IMG/VR virus record: IMGVR_UViG_3300027833_001879
Coordinates: 1 to 56,816 of that record
Direction: 5' to 3' (one strand)
DNA from: a virus
Lineage: Duplodnaviria > Caudoviricetes
DNA: 56,816 nt
Shown here: positions 1 to 10,400 of the stretch, piece after piece
Layout of the letters: each line of letters begins with the position of its first letter
Position numbering within the stretch: the first letter of the stretch is position 1
Made by a program: the position numbers and the translations under genes
The notes under the pieces: generated by a model
What the model was told of the DNA's origin: nothing
Database searches by the model: none
What the model saw: the letters and a program-made list of their open reading frames with translations, nothing else

Positions 1-159
1 ATAAAGTGGAAAATAAGGATCATCTATAACTAAAGCTGCATTACTTATTTCTTTAATTTGCATACCTCTAGGTTTAGAAGTATAATCAGGATTCTCTAAT
101 GTATCTCTTAATGCCTTTTCATAAACATCTGCAAATGTATCTCCTCTATATGTTCTCAT
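1..159 (-). CDS. Thymidylate synthase / dNMP hydroxymethylase family protein, N-terminus (runs off window)
   Basis: Manual translation from ATG at 159: MRTYRGDTFADVYEKALRDTLENPDYTSKPRGMQIKEISNAALVIDDPYFPLY..., with the PRG..xE phosphate-binding pattern of phage TS-like enzymes; downstream of dNMP kinase genes. Confidence 0.6.
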   Translation of the reverse strand, partial: MRTYRGDTFADVYEKALRDTLENPDYTSKPRGMQIKEISNAALVIDDPYFPLY

Positions 160-328
160 TCTTTTTTTTCTTTTCTCTAATATTATTTAATGCTTTTTCT
201 AACCTAGTATTAAATGGCATATGTTTATACTCACCAGCTAATTCTGATAAACGCCTGCTCTCTGCAAGTACCTCATCTCTAATACCTTCATTATAAGCTT
301 CATATAATAAATCTTCAGGTTTAGCCAT
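146..328 (-). CDS. Hypothetical protein
   Basis: 60-aa ORF tightly coupled to both neighbours. Confidence 0.65.
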   Translation of the reverse strand: MAKPEDLLYEAYNEGIRDEVLAESRRLSELAGEYKHMPFNTRLEKALNNIREKKKKNENI

Positions 329-939
329 TATTCAAATAAGTTTAATTGTTTATTATCTCCAGTTACTGTATTTTGGTGCTTTAAGAATTCTGCTATAATA
401 TTAGATACTTCTATTGCACTCATTGTACCTACATTAACATGTAACTTATTTTTAATAGTACTTAATCTATGAGCTCTTTTAAATCCGTCAAGCTCAGCTT
501 TAACTTCTTCTTCATTACCATAAAATGATTTACCATCATCTCTTTTTAATATTGTATGTGGATCATTTGTTAATGTAATTAAATATAAATCTTCTCTTAG
601 TGCTTTTGTAAATTTCTTTTCGATATCAAAAACATAATCACCAGAGTAACCTCTATATAATGGTGAATAAACAGTTTCACCTAAATGAGATCTATTAAAA
701 ATAAGATTAATATCAGTATCACCTTTTTTATGACCTACTTTAGATTTCATCATTAATAAAAACATGCTTTCATAAAGCTCTTTGGAATATGTAGTATGTT
801 TTTCTATATCATCCTTAAACGGTAATGATGAATAATGAAGCTTATGAAAAACATGTTCACTCATATTTTTAATAATTAAATCTTGTTGTGTATCTTTACC
901 TACATTATCGGTACCTTCTATAATAATGAATTTACTCAT
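328..939 (-). CDS. tmk: Thymidylate kinase-like dNMP kinase
   Basis: P-loop IIIEGTDNVGKDT; FNRSHLGETVYSPLYRGY (DR-like motif). Confidence 0.8.
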   Translation of the reverse strand: MSKFIIIEGTDNVGKDTQQDLIIKNMSEHVFHKLHYSSLPFKDDIEKHTTYSKELYESMFLLMMKSKVGHKKGDTDINLIFNRSHLGETVYSPLYRGYSGDYVFDIEKKFTKALREDLYLITLTNDPHTILKRDDGKSFYGNEEEVKAELDGFKRAHRLSTIKNKLHVNVGTMSAIEVSNIIAEFLKHQNTVTGDNKQLNLFE

Positions 940-956
940 GTTTTATTTTTATATGA

Positions 957-1436
957 TTAAAAGTTAGAATTGTTTATGAGAATATCATAATCTTTAAAAT
1001 CTTTAAAGTCAATTTCATCTGCATCTAGTCTTCTTTGAATTTTATCATTAAGATCTCCTCTTTCTTTTAATCGTTTTGTTCTAGTTTCTAAAGGTATATC
1101 TAAATAAATGATTGTGCAATCTTTTCTATGAATAGGATTTACTGCCTCCACACCTTTAGGTGTCATTACAAACAGATTACAAGTATTCATAAATTGATCA
1201 TAGCTAGTACCATAATACCAACCGTTAAATTCTACGTATTCATACCAATAATTATTATCTGCAAATCTTTTAAAATCCTTTTCAGAAATAAAGTAATAAT
1301 CTTGGCCATCTATTTCACCTTCTCTAGGCGGTCGAGTAGTATAAGAAGTACCGTATGTAAAACCTCTACCTTCTAAAACCTTTCTCATATGATCTTTTCC
1401 AGCAGCAGCCTTTCCTATTAGTATAACTTTATTCAT
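957..1436 (-). CDS. gmk: Guanylate kinase
   Basis: GKAAAGKD P-loop, SYTTRPPREGEIDGQDYYF, FNGWYYGT; start set at MNKVIL. Confidence 0.9.
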   Translation of the reverse strand: MNKVILIGKAAAGKDHMRKVLEGRGFTYGTSYTTRPPREGEIDGQDYYFISEKDFKRFADNNYWYEYVEFNGWYYGTSYDQFMNTCNLFVMTPKGVEAVNPIHRKDCTIIYLDIPLETRTKRLKERGDLNDKIQRRLDADEIDFKDFKDYDILINNSNF

Positions 1437-1659
1437 TCGGGACAGCTTCTTCTGAAGATTCAAATGTTCGTTCTAATGTTGATAGACAATCTTCAGCTTC
1501 AGCCAATGATCTAGTTAAAGTCATCATTTCCTCTATATGCTGAGGGTGTTCACCTATACCTACTGGGTTTGTTAAATAAATTGTTAGTGTTGCTAAAGCT
1601 AATTGCTTCTGTGCTTCAAATTGAGATTTTAAAGCATCATAAATTATATTCTTATTCAT
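1429..1659 (-). CDS. Conserved marine phage hypothetical protein
   Basis: YLTNPVGIGEHP motif recalled from marine T4-like phage small proteins. Confidence 0.7.
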   Translation of the reverse strand: MNKNIIYDALKSQFEAQKQLALATLTIYLTNPVGIGEHPQHIEEMMTLTRSLAEAEDCLSTLERTFESSEEAVPNE

Positions 1660-1661
1660 AT

Positions 1662-1889
1662 TTAGTCTGTTAAAAGTTGTATGTGTTCAAAGTTATTTTT
1701 AATTTTCTCGTTAAAGAATTTGCCAATTGAATCTGCTTTACATAAGTTATTATATAATTCAGGATCTACATTTGCATATTCATATAAAGCTCCACCTGTA
1801 AATTCTACCTTGAGAGTACCAGTGGCAAAGTTATAAACGTATTTGTTGATCATTGATGAATCAACTGTGGATGATTGTTCTTTTATCAT
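1662..1889 (-). CDS. KTSC domain protein
   Basis: VDSSMI..Y....LKVEFTGGALYEYANV.....L..ADSIGKFFNEKIK. Confidence 0.9.
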   Translation of the reverse strand: MIKEQSSTVDSSMINKYVYNFATGTLKVEFTGGALYEYANVDPELYNNLCKADSIGKFFNEKIKNNFEHIQLLTD

Positions 1890-2037
1890 ATTGTTTTAAT
1901 TTAATTTTATAAAGTTTTTTTACACTCTCCGTTGTAAGGTTTTTTGTTTTTCCTAACCATTTCCATGCTTTATCTTCGCTGTTCGCAATACAAGCTATTC
2001 GGCAATCGTTTTTTATACAAAATTGATAAGTGTTCAT
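1861..2037 (-). CDS. Small hypothetical protein (58 aa)
   Basis: Manual ORF MNTYQFCIKNDCRIACIANSEDKAWKWLGKTKNL... directly after promoter motif at 2054-2079. Confidence 0.55.
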   Translation of the reverse strand: MNTYQFCIKNDCRIACIANSEDKAWKWLGKTKNLTTESVKKLYKIKLKQYDKRTIIHS

Positions 2038-2053
2038 ATAGATTGATTTATTA

Positions 2054-2079
2054 TTATATGTTGTTTTTAAAAAAAGTTT
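2054..2079 (-). promoter_or_regulatory. Putative middle-type promoter AAAC-N15-CATATAA
   Basis: One of 11 intergenic copies of AAAC-N15/16-YATATAA. Confidence 0.6.
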
Positions 2080-3427
2080 ACTTAATTGATTGCTTTAATT
2101 TTTTAAGATCTGTTAAATACATTTCTTTAGGATCGGTTGCTTTTAATGTTTTGAGTGCAATAATACACCCTTCTTTTTCTAATAATAATTTTTCATATCT
2201 TTCTTTTGTTAAAGAATGAATAGCCATTGATAAAAGATAATCATATGAACCATGAACAGTATCATACGCATTAGTTTTTAAATAAGTTACAATTTTTTCT
2301 TTAGGCACATTATTAATTTTTAACTTACCATCAATAATATCTTTAATGAACCTTGCTTTATTTGTTACTAATGATAATTGCTTTTCTGTTTTATCAATTA
2401 AATAATCTTTTCGTGTTTGATACCATCCTAACCTTACGTCTACAAAATGTTTTACAATATCTTCAGCTTTATCAAAAATCTTTAATTTGCCATTTTCATC
2501 TAGTGTTGTTAGGTTTTCAGTTTCTTGTGTATTTAATCTTAAAGTTCTTTCCAATTTACCTTCACTGCTTACTAAGCTATTTAACACAGACCTTCTGAAC
2601 TTTAATATGTACTCAATAGTTTCAGATGAATTATCATCATAAGAAGTTATGATACCTTTTTCTTGTAAAAGATTTAATATTTCTTCATACCTTTCATATG
2701 TATAGTTTGGTGGTATTGCAGTTATCTTTACGGTAGTTGTATTAATAATTTGATACTGACCTTTAATCTTCCATGTTTTTGGATTTTCTAAATCTCTAAT
2801 AAAAGTTCCTTTAAATTCCTGTATCCACGGAGCTAATACTTTCATCTTTTTATTATTAAGAGTAGATATACATGCATCTACTACATCTTTAGGATTTCTA
2901 TTTAAAATATTTGTAGCAAAACCAACAGCAATTCCTGATGTACCATTTAATATAACAGTTGGTACAATTGGTAAGAAAAATGCAGGTTCTATTTTTTCAC
3001 CTTCTTCTATTTTATTTTCTAATAAATCAAAATCTTGATAAAGTAATCTAAAGTTAGGATGTAGCTTTGCACTAATGTAACGAGGTGCACCAGCAGCAGG
3101 GCTTCTTAAAGAACCAAACTGACCAACGCCTTCTAATAATGGTAATGAATTTTTAAATTTTTGAGCCATTCCAACCATTGAAGATTCTAATGAAGTATTA
3201 CCATGATGATAAAATGCTTCAGCTGCAACTCTACCTGCAAGCTGAAATAACTTCATAGGTTTTTCATTACCAGTTTTCCATATTTTATTTGCAATATAAA
3301 CAACCTTTCTCTGTGTTGGTTTAAGTCCATCGATGCAACTTGGTATAGCTCTGTTTTCTACAACATATCTTGCATAATCTAAATATTCTTTATCAAAAAA
3401 AGATGTTACAGTTCTAGTTTTTTTCAT
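2078..3427 (-). CDS. gp52: Type IIA topoisomerase, GyrA/ParC-like subunit (T4 gp52-like)
   Basis: RAIPSCIDGLKPTQRK, YHHG, AGAPRYI catalytic Tyr, NGTSGIAVGFAT. Confidence 0.95.
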   Translation of the reverse strand: MKKTRTVTSFFDKEYLDYARYVVENRAIPSCIDGLKPTQRKVVYIANKIWKTGNEKPMKLFQLAGRVAAEAFYHHGNTSLESSMVGMAQKFKNSLPLLEGVGQFGSLRSPAAGAPRYISAKLHPNFRLLYQDFDLLENKIEEGEKIEPAFFLPIVPTVILNGTSGIAVGFATNILNRNPKDVVDACISTLNNKKMKVLAPWIQEFKGTFIRDLENPKTWKIKGQYQIINTTTVKITAIPPNYTYERYEEILNLLQEKGIITSYDDNSSETIEYILKFRRSVLNSLVSSEGKLERTLRLNTQETENLTTLDENGKLKIFDKAEDIVKHFVDVRLGWYQTRKDYLIDKTEKQLSLVTNKARFIKDIIDGKLKINNVPKEKIVTYLKTNAYDTVHGSYDYLLSMAIHSLTKERYEKLLLEKEGCIIALKTLKATDPKEMYLTDLKKLKQSIK

Positions 3428-5302
3428 TTAAAATAATGATTTGTTGTTTTTAATTATTACAGTCTCCCCAAGTATCTTTCCTTTACGCGGTGTAGAATCT
3501 TTAGAAAACCAGATATCTAATGTATTATTAAATCCATTGTCTTTAGTAAGAGTAAAAGTTCTCGGGCTTCTAATGATCTCTTTATATTCTGCATCTTCCA
3601 ATGCAGCCAAACCTTTCTTATATTCGATTGACCAAGAATTTAAATTTCTCTGTTTAGATTCCCATTCTTGATAATCATTATCTGAATAAAAGTTTAAAGA
3701 TTCTTTACCTTTCTTTGCAACCATCAGAGGTGTTTCTACTTTAAGTACTCTACCTTCGCTAAATAATTCTGGCCAGTATTTACCTAAGAAATTAATCAGT
3801 AGTGCTGCAATAGAATTACCGTCTACATCTGCATCGGTATACAAAAGTATTTTACCATATCTTAGATCTTTAGGTTCATGCCCGATCTTTAAACCCATAG
3901 CAGCCATCATAGATTGTACCTCTTTATTCTGCACAACCTTGGATGCCGTTAATTCTCTAACATTTATAAATTTACCTCTTAATGGAAATGCTCCTTGGTA
4001 CTGTGGCTCTCTATATCTTCTAAATGCAGAGGATGCAGAATCGCCTTCAAATATAGCAAGTGTACATTTTTCTCTATCACCTCTTTTCTTTGCATCAATT
4101 AATTTAAGAACTTTAGTTTTATCTAAACCTTTATTTAATTTTCTAAGTTTTGCTCTTTCATCAGCATCTTTTTTTCTTTCAATCCAATCTAATACTGATT
4201 GTATGATTTCAGAATTTAAAACTTGCCTCAACACTTTTTCACTTAAAACATGGCTTGTACCAAAATCCTTAGGAGCAGTAATTAATTTTTCCTTTGTTTG
4301 AGAAGAGAACGCTGGATTAATAACAGTACAGTTAATAAACAAATATAAATGCTGTCTTAATTCAGAAGGCTTTACGTCTACTCTATATTTCCTTTTAATT
4401 TTATCCCTAAGATAAGATGTAATTTGCCAGTCTATATTATTAACATGAGTACCGCCGTCTTTAGTTTCAACTGAATTAACAAATGATATTGCTTTAAAGC
4501 CTGTCGTTGAATGTCCTATTCCAATTTTCCAATGTTCTGATTGATCATAAAATACTGGAGTTACATAACGACTTGCATAATCTTTAAAAGTTCTAAATGC
4601 AATAGGTTTATCATTTAAGAATATTTTAAGGGTAGGATTACATGCTGCAATATCAATAAGTCTTTTAGTAATCATTAAATAATGATTCTTATCAATACCT
4701 TTTAAATCAAATCTTTTAAAATCAGTAAGATATGTTATTTTTGTAAATGCAGTTTTCTTATTTGTAATTTTAGCCTTAGAGCGCTCAGACATATTATTTT
4801 TAAAAGTCTGAACAAATTGTTTTTTACCATCACAAGTTTCAATAGTGAATTCTTTACTAAATATATTTGTTAGTGTACTACCTACACCATTTGTTCCAAC
4901 AACGACCCTATCTTCAGTATCATCAAAATTACTACCAGCCTTTAAGTTTGAAAAAATCATTTCAGGTACCCACTCATCATACTCTTTATGAATCTTTACA
5001 GGTATTCCTCCGTTGTCCCAAATTGATATTTGGCCAGTAGACATATCAATGTTTACCTTAACTTTATTTAATTTAGTATTTCTTTTATGTTCATCTACTG
5101 AGTTGGAAACGATTTCATCAAAGAGTTTTAAGAAGCCTGGATTATAAGTTACTTCAGTAAGTTGAAATTGATCTTTACCTTTCATTGGTAAAAATACTTC
5201 TTCAGTATGTGGCTTAATAGATCCAACATACATACCAGGTCTTAATAGAACATGTTCTGTATCTGTTAATTTTTGGTATTTCTTTTCAATGCTTACTGCC
5301 AT
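3428..5302 (-). CDS. gp39: Type IIA topoisomerase, ATPase/TOPRIM subunit (T4 gp39+gp60-like)
   Basis: EHVLLRPGMYVGS, EIVSNSVDE, GTNGVG, EGDSA, PLRGK, TDADVDG, YKKGL. Confidence 0.95.
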   Translation of the reverse strand: MAVSIEKKYQKLTDTEHVLLRPGMYVGSIKPHTEEVFLPMKGKDQFQLTEVTYNPGFLKLFDEIVSNSVDEHKRNTKLNKVKVNIDMSTGQISIWDNGGIPVKIHKEYDEWVPEMIFSNLKAGSNFDDTEDRVVVGTNGVGSTLTNIFSKEFTIETCDGKKQFVQTFKNNMSERSKAKITNKKTAFTKITYLTDFKRFDLKGIDKNHYLMITKRLIDIAACNPTLKIFLNDKPIAFRTFKDYASRYVTPVFYDQSEHWKIGIGHSTTGFKAISFVNSVETKDGGTHVNNIDWQITSYLRDKIKRKYRVDVKPSELRQHLYLFINCTVINPAFSSQTKEKLITAPKDFGTSHVLSEKVLRQVLNSEIIQSVLDWIERKKDADERAKLRKLNKGLDKTKVLKLIDAKKRGDREKCTLAIFEGDSASSAFRRYREPQYQGAFPLRGKFINVRELTASKVVQNKEVQSMMAAMGLKIGHEPKDLRYGKILLYTDADVDGNSIAALLINFLGKYWPELFSEGRVLKVETPLMVAKKGKESLNFYSDNDYQEWESKQRNLNSWSIEYKKGLAALEDAEYKEIIRSPRTFTLTKDNGFNNTLDIWFSKDSTPRKGKILGETVIIKNNKSLF

Positions 5303-5312
5303 ATTTTTATTT

Positions 5313-5339
5313 TTATATAGTCAATTTATCTATTTGTTT
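5313..5339 (-). promoter_or_regulatory. Putative middle-type promoter
   Basis: AAAC-N16-TATATAA upstream of topoisomerase. Confidence 0.6.
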
Positions 5340-5523
5340 ACCTAAATGATCTTTTGAGTGTAGTGTTAAGAGAATGTAAATAAATATCAAAGTATCTTTC
5401 TTTATTTAAATGATCCCATTTAATTTTCCAAATAGATATTAATTTTTTAATAGCAGGATAATGATAACGGTTATTATTTTTATTTGTTATTACTTTTATA
5501 ACATATGTATAATCATCTATCAT
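5338..5523 (-). CDS. Hypothetical protein
   Basis: 61-aa ORF, ATGA overlap with upstream small ORF. Confidence 0.55.
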   Translation of the reverse strand: MIDDYTYVIKVITNKNNNRYHYPAIKKLISIWKIKWDHLNKERYFDIYLHSLNTTLKRSFR

Positions 5524-5666
5524 ATTGATCTGTTTCTTCTTACGTTATCCCACTGTACCTTTTTAGAAGAGCCTAACATTTTATACTTGGATACTTTGCC
5601 ATTAAACGAGTTCCTAGTTTGGTTAACTTGTGTTTGTCCGTTGTTTGTTTCTTGATTTGTTGTCAT
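5520..5666 (-). CDS. Small hypothetical protein (48 aa)
   Basis: Manual ORF MTTNQETNNGQTQVNQTRNSFNGKVSKYKMLGSSKKVQWDNVRRNRSI; A-rich leader; ATGA coupling to next gene. Confidence 0.6.
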   Translation of the reverse strand: MTTNQETNNGQTQVNQTRNSFNGKVSKYKMLGSSKKVQWDNVRRNRSI

Positions 5667-5698
5667 TACTTATTTAACTATTTTTATTTTTATTATTG

Positions 5699-5772
5699 TG
5701 GAGAATATCGGAGTCGAACCGATGACCTCCTGCGTGCAAGGCAGGCGCTCTAGCCAGCTGAGCTAATTCCCC
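5699..5772 (-). tRNA. tRNA-Ala (TGC)
   Basis: GGGGAAT/ATTCTCC acceptor with G3:U70, D arm AGCTCAGCTGGCTAGAGC, anticodon loop CTTGCAC, T loop GGTTCGACTCC; CCA not encoded. Confidence 0.97.
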
Positions 5773-5776
5773 TTTG

Positions 5777-6119
5777 TGGAGGTGGTGGGATTCGAACCCA
5801 CGTCCAATAAGTATTCATAAAAACATTTCTTACAGCTTAGGATAAGTTTATTTAAACTTCCAAAATCAGATTTTGATATTCCATGGCCACAAAATCATAA
5901 AGGCTCTATTGGTTGCAATGTTTAGGGTACATTACTAAAACCGCAATCTGCTTCCTTTTACATCTTAGTTATTTACAAGCATACTAATAACATGATGTGC
6001 ATTACTTACCTAGTTAGGCAGCCATTGCTAACTCAGCGTTGTCGGCTAAGGTTGATGTAGGTCATCACCCGGTGCTGTAGTTCTTATTTCAATCAGATTG
6101 TCAAAAACCGTTCACCCCC
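5777..6119 (-). ncRNA. ssrA: tmRNA
   Basis: 5' GGGGGTGAACGGTTTTTGAC, 3' GGACGTGGGTTCGAATCCCACCACCTCCA, G3:U acceptor pair, tag frame ADNAELAMAA-stop at 6014-6046. Confidence 0.93.
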
Positions 6120-6138
6120 AATAATTCAATGAACTTTA

Positions 6139-6468
6139 TTATATATTATAAGTAACTTTAGGATGTAGATGAAATGCTCTTTTTAATTCATCATAACCTT
6201 TTTTTGCACCAAATCTATTATTTGCACCTATGTGCCATTCAATTTTTTCATCATCAGAATATTCACGATATTCTTTGTAATCATATATAGTAATTGCAGT
6301 ACCATCTTCGGTTTGCATTTCCCATTCATTTTGAGTTTTTTCATCAACATCATTATCTGTATACATTACAGTGCCACATACTTTTTCTATGTCTTGTTTA
6401 GTTGCCATAAAGTAATGGCCGTGGAATGTTACGTTTGTTGCTAAATCTGGTCTTTCTAATCTGGTCAT
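6139..6468 (-). CDS. Hypothetical protein
   Basis: 109-aa ORF with EW..TIYDYKEY..WHIG pattern, own upstream promoter. Confidence 0.75.
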   Translation of the reverse strand: MTRLERPDLATNVTFHGHYFMATKQDIEKVCGTVMYTDNDVDEKTQNEWEMQTEDGTAITIYDYKEYREYSDDEKIEWHIGANNRFGAKKGYDELKRAFHLHPKVTYNI

Positions 6469-6499
6469 TTTATCTAATGTTATTGTTCAGTATATTATA

Positions 6500-6529
6500 A
6501 TAGTAACAAATCTTTTCTCTTTCTGAAAG
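6500..6529 (-). promoter_or_regulatory. Putative early sigma70-like promoter (TTTCAG-17-TACTAT, extended TG)
   Basis: Same CTTTCA-N12-ATTTGTTAYTAT motif as 24323-24352. Confidence 0.5.
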
Positions 6530-6530
6530 A

Positions 6531-7334
6531 TTAATATGGCATTTCTATATTTTTGTTTTCTTCAGCTTTAAACTTTGCAACCAATTTTTTGCAAATAACC
6601 TTTAGCTCTGTTGAGAATTCACCTTTATCAATAATCCAATCAATATATCTTCCGTCCATTTCAAATACTTCCTTAAAAGATTTACCTTTATTCTTTCCAA
6701 AATTAAATACAATTGTTCTCTTTCCATTTACTTCATCAAACTTTAACTTACTTCCTAAATCAACTTGATCAGCTCTACGAGTATTTACTACCTTATCAAT
6801 TTCTTCAGCAGTTTGTGGCATATCATAAACTTCTCTTTGTTTTTGAAATATTTCCATAGTAGCTCTAACATCAGCTTCAGCCCTATGAGCGCCTTCTAAA
6901 TCTTTACCTGTGAATTTTTTATAAGTATTTGTTAGATCTCTTTTTTCATAATTACTATATATAAGAAATGGATCCATTACAGCTCTACCTCTGTGGTTAA
7001 ATACAATACCACATCTCATAAATTCCTCACATAAGAAAGGAACATCAAAGAATAAGGCATTATACCCTCCTAAGTCACTATCACCAATAAAGTCATTGAT
7101 TTCAGATGCTATCATTTCAAAGGTAGGTTTATCCTTTAGCATCTCTAAAGATATGCCGTGCTTGTCTTCAGCCTCGGCTCTCATTTGTACATTTCCTGGG
7201 TTTACTAATTGATTGTAAGTTTCAATCTCATTGCCATCAAAATCTGTTTTAATCATACAGATCTCAATTATGCGGTCAGCTGTTGTGCTGATTCCTGTGG
7301 TTTCTAAGTCAAACCAAACTATATTCTTTTTCAT
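6531..7334 (-). CDS. DEDDh 3'-5' exonuclease (DNA pol III epsilon-like)
   Basis: FDLETTG, GYNALFFD, AHRAEADV, C-terminal FNFGKNKG. Confidence 0.92.
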   Translation of the reverse strand: MKKNIVWFDLETTGISTTADRIIEICMIKTDFDGNEIETYNQLVNPGNVQMRAEAEDKHGISLEMLKDKPTFEMIASEINDFIGDSDLGGYNALFFDVPFLCEEFMRCGIVFNHRGRAVMDPFLIYSNYEKRDLTNTYKKFTGKDLEGAHRAEADVRATMEIFQKQREVYDMPQTAEEIDKVVNTRRADQVDLGSKLKFDEVNGKRTIVFNFGKNKGKSFKEVFEMDGRYIDWIIDKGEFSTELKVICKKLVAKFKAEENKNIEMPY

Positions 7335-7362
7335 ACTATTTTAACTTTAACTGTTATAAATA

Positions 7363-7389
7363 TTATATAGCTAAAAATAAAATTAGTTT
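7363..7389 (-). promoter_or_regulatory. Putative middle-type promoter
   Basis: AAAC-N16-TATATAA. Confidence 0.6.
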
Positions 7390-7410
7390 TAAGAAAATAA
7401 AAAGTTTTTA

Positions 7411-10400
7411 TTATCTGGTAACCTTAAATGCCCCATCAGGTATACTTAACATTGCAGTTTGTATTTGTGCAGGGAATCCAGATATTGCAGATGCAACTTT
7501 ACCGAGCTGGCGTTCTAATGCTTTGTTAGATGAACCAGATCTTGCTGCAGCAGGAGCACCACTAGAATTACCACCGGACTCACCTTCTGTTTTTGGTCCA
7601 AAGATTGAAAATCCAGTATCAGCCGGCTCAGCCATCATATCTCTGATATCTTCTACTGCTCTAGCTAATGCTTTATATGCTCCGCGATCATCTGACAGTT
7701 CAGAGCTTGATTTAAATAGATCACCAAATGCTACTGTCTTATCAATATCTATTTTATTAATAGAATCTGCGATTTTAGAAATTCCTTCAGCTGCCTTATC
7801 TAATAATCCTTTTTCTGCTACATCTCCTAATGTTACAATGAATGATGAGAAGTCGTGTAGTTGTGGTGATATAAGAGGATTAGTTTTATAAAGATCGCTA
7901 AATGCCGTTCCTATTGAAGTTAATAATGTACCAATAGATTTTGCAACCGAAACAGGATCAAAATCTCCACTAAACGCCTTAAGTCCTGCCGCTATATCAA
8001 TTAATGCATCACCAGCACCATCTACTGCGTCAATACCTTTTTCAACTAAGTTTTCATCCCAAGACATAAACCAATTTCCATCAGTTTCTTCTGCGCCACC
8101 AATAGAAGCAAATGCAGAACCAACCATTCCTAATACTTGTTTAATACTATTTGCTGTGGCTTCTGGATCTTTTAGACCAGCGAATGTTTCTAATGCGGTG
8201 GCAATTTTATTTAGTTCGGTACCTGCACCTTGTACAGCTGCAACACCTTCAGCAACTTTATTTTTTTTAATTCCAAATAAACTACTCCAAAACCCACCTG
8301 CTTCAACATTGCCTTCTTCAGCAACTGCAGCAAACGCTTCTTGTACAAATCCTATAGATTTACTAATGGCTGCACCTACTGCATCAAAATCTACGTTACT
8401 TTCTACTAATTTTTGAAACTCACTTAAACCTAATGCGATATCCTTTAATGCTTTACCTGCACTTTGTACTGATTGTACGCCTTCTTGTACTTTATTCTTT
8501 TTAATTCCAAATAAAGAACCGAAGAATCCACCTGCATCCACATTACCTTCATCAGCAACAGCGGCAAAGGCCTGTTGTACAAATCCTACAGATTTGCTGA
8601 TAGCAGCGCCAACTGCATCAAAATCTATATTACTTTCTACTAATTTTTGAAATTCACCTAAACCTAATGCAATATCTTTTAATGCTTTACCTGCACCTTG
8701 CACGGATGAAAGCCCTTCTGCAACTTTATTCTTTTTAATTCCAAATAAAGAACCAAAGAATCCACCTGCATCAACATTTCCTTCTTCGGCAACAGCAGCA
8801 AACGCTCTTTGTATAAAACCAACTGTTTTACTAATAGCCTCACCTAATACATCAAAGTCTACTTTAGAATCAACTAATTTTTGGAATTCAGTTAAGCCAA
8901 CAACTATACTAGTTAAAGCTTTACCTGCACCCATTACAGAATCAATACCTTTCTTAGTGGCATTAGGGCTGAATGCGTTTCCAAACACTGCTCCAAATAA
9001 CCCAGTTGGTGTTGCAGCTTCGCCACCAGCAGCAGCGAATGCACCTGTTATACCAGTCAATACGGTTGTTAGCTGTAAACTCTCATCAGCAGTCCAGCCT
9101 AATTTTTGATAATCTTTTAATCCTTTAGATAATTTAGTTAATGCCATACCGGCCGCTCCAAAACCTACAGCCGCTGCTGTCATTGCAACCGCATCAGCTC
9201 CACCACTTATTGCACCACCTATACTCTTAAAGATTCCACTTACTACTCCACCTTTATTAGGAGGTCCTATAAATGCTGTCTTTACACCTGCTAATGTAGT
9301 TGTTAAATTAAGAGCATCTTGTTCAGTAAAATTAACAGCCTGCATTGCTTTTAGGCCTGGTGCTAATGCTAGTAACCCTAAACCTATTGCACCAAAGGCA
9401 GCTGCACCTGGTATTATTGCAATCGCGGCAAGTCCTGCTGCTGCGAATACTAAACCTAATGCAGTTAATACACCAGCCTGAACAGCTACGCTGTCTAATG
9501 TTGCATCTTTTGTAGCTTTAGCAAATGGAGTATAACCTATACCAAATATAGCTAACCCAACTCCCATAAGGAAAAGAGAAAGTGCACCTTGTGCTATTAA
9601 ACTCAAACCTGCCCCTAATAGTGCAGTTACTAAACCAATGCCACCTAAGACCGCCAATTGTATACCAACTGCGCCAATAGTAGGTGCTGTGGATGCTACG
9701 AATGTTGCAAATATTGCATAGCCTATTCCAAAGACAATTAAACCCGCGCCCATAAGCATAAGGGATAATGATCCTTTATTAATTTGTTTATTTAATAATC
9801 CAATTATAGCGACAGCCCCACCTATTAAAACTATACTTGCAACCATTCCTAAAAGAATTTCAGGTTGCATCATAATAAAAAATGTAGTTATTGCAAATAG
9901 AGCTAAACCAACTGCAAATGATTTTAAAGCATCGCCTACTCTGTCTAATGCCCTTGCGCCTTTTCTTATTGGTTTGCTCATCTTACCAAGTAAGAACATA
10001 GCACCACCTATTAAAACTAAACTAGCAAGTAAAAAAGGAATTGCGACAAGTCCAACAATAGCTAATAATCCAGCTAAAGCTAAATTTTTAGCAAACTTTA
10101 ACATTGAAGAACTTATTAAATCTAAAACCTTTGCACCTTTCTTTACAGTCTTAGCTTCTTTACCTAATTTTACAAATGCAGGTGTAACTATACCAAGAGC
10201 AGTATTTAAAAGCTTTGCTCCAATAAGACCTATAGGTAATAAAAAAGTAGATAGTGCTAGATTTTTAGCAAAAGTACCAATAGAATTAGCTATTATCTCG
10301 AAAAATTGTGCAGCCTTTTTTAATTCCTTACCCTTTTCGCTTAATTCTAAAAATGTAGGCGTAATTATACCAAGAGCAGTATTTAAAAGCTTTGCTCCAA

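Noticed and set aside
3428-5302. T4 gene 60-type translational bypass or split topoisomerase
   Set aside because: ATPase and TOPRIM regions are in one continuous frame
5777-5805. Second tRNA or attP-like tRNA fragment next to tRNA-Ala
   Set aside because: It is the 3' tRNA-like domain of the tmRNA, pairing with 6113-6119
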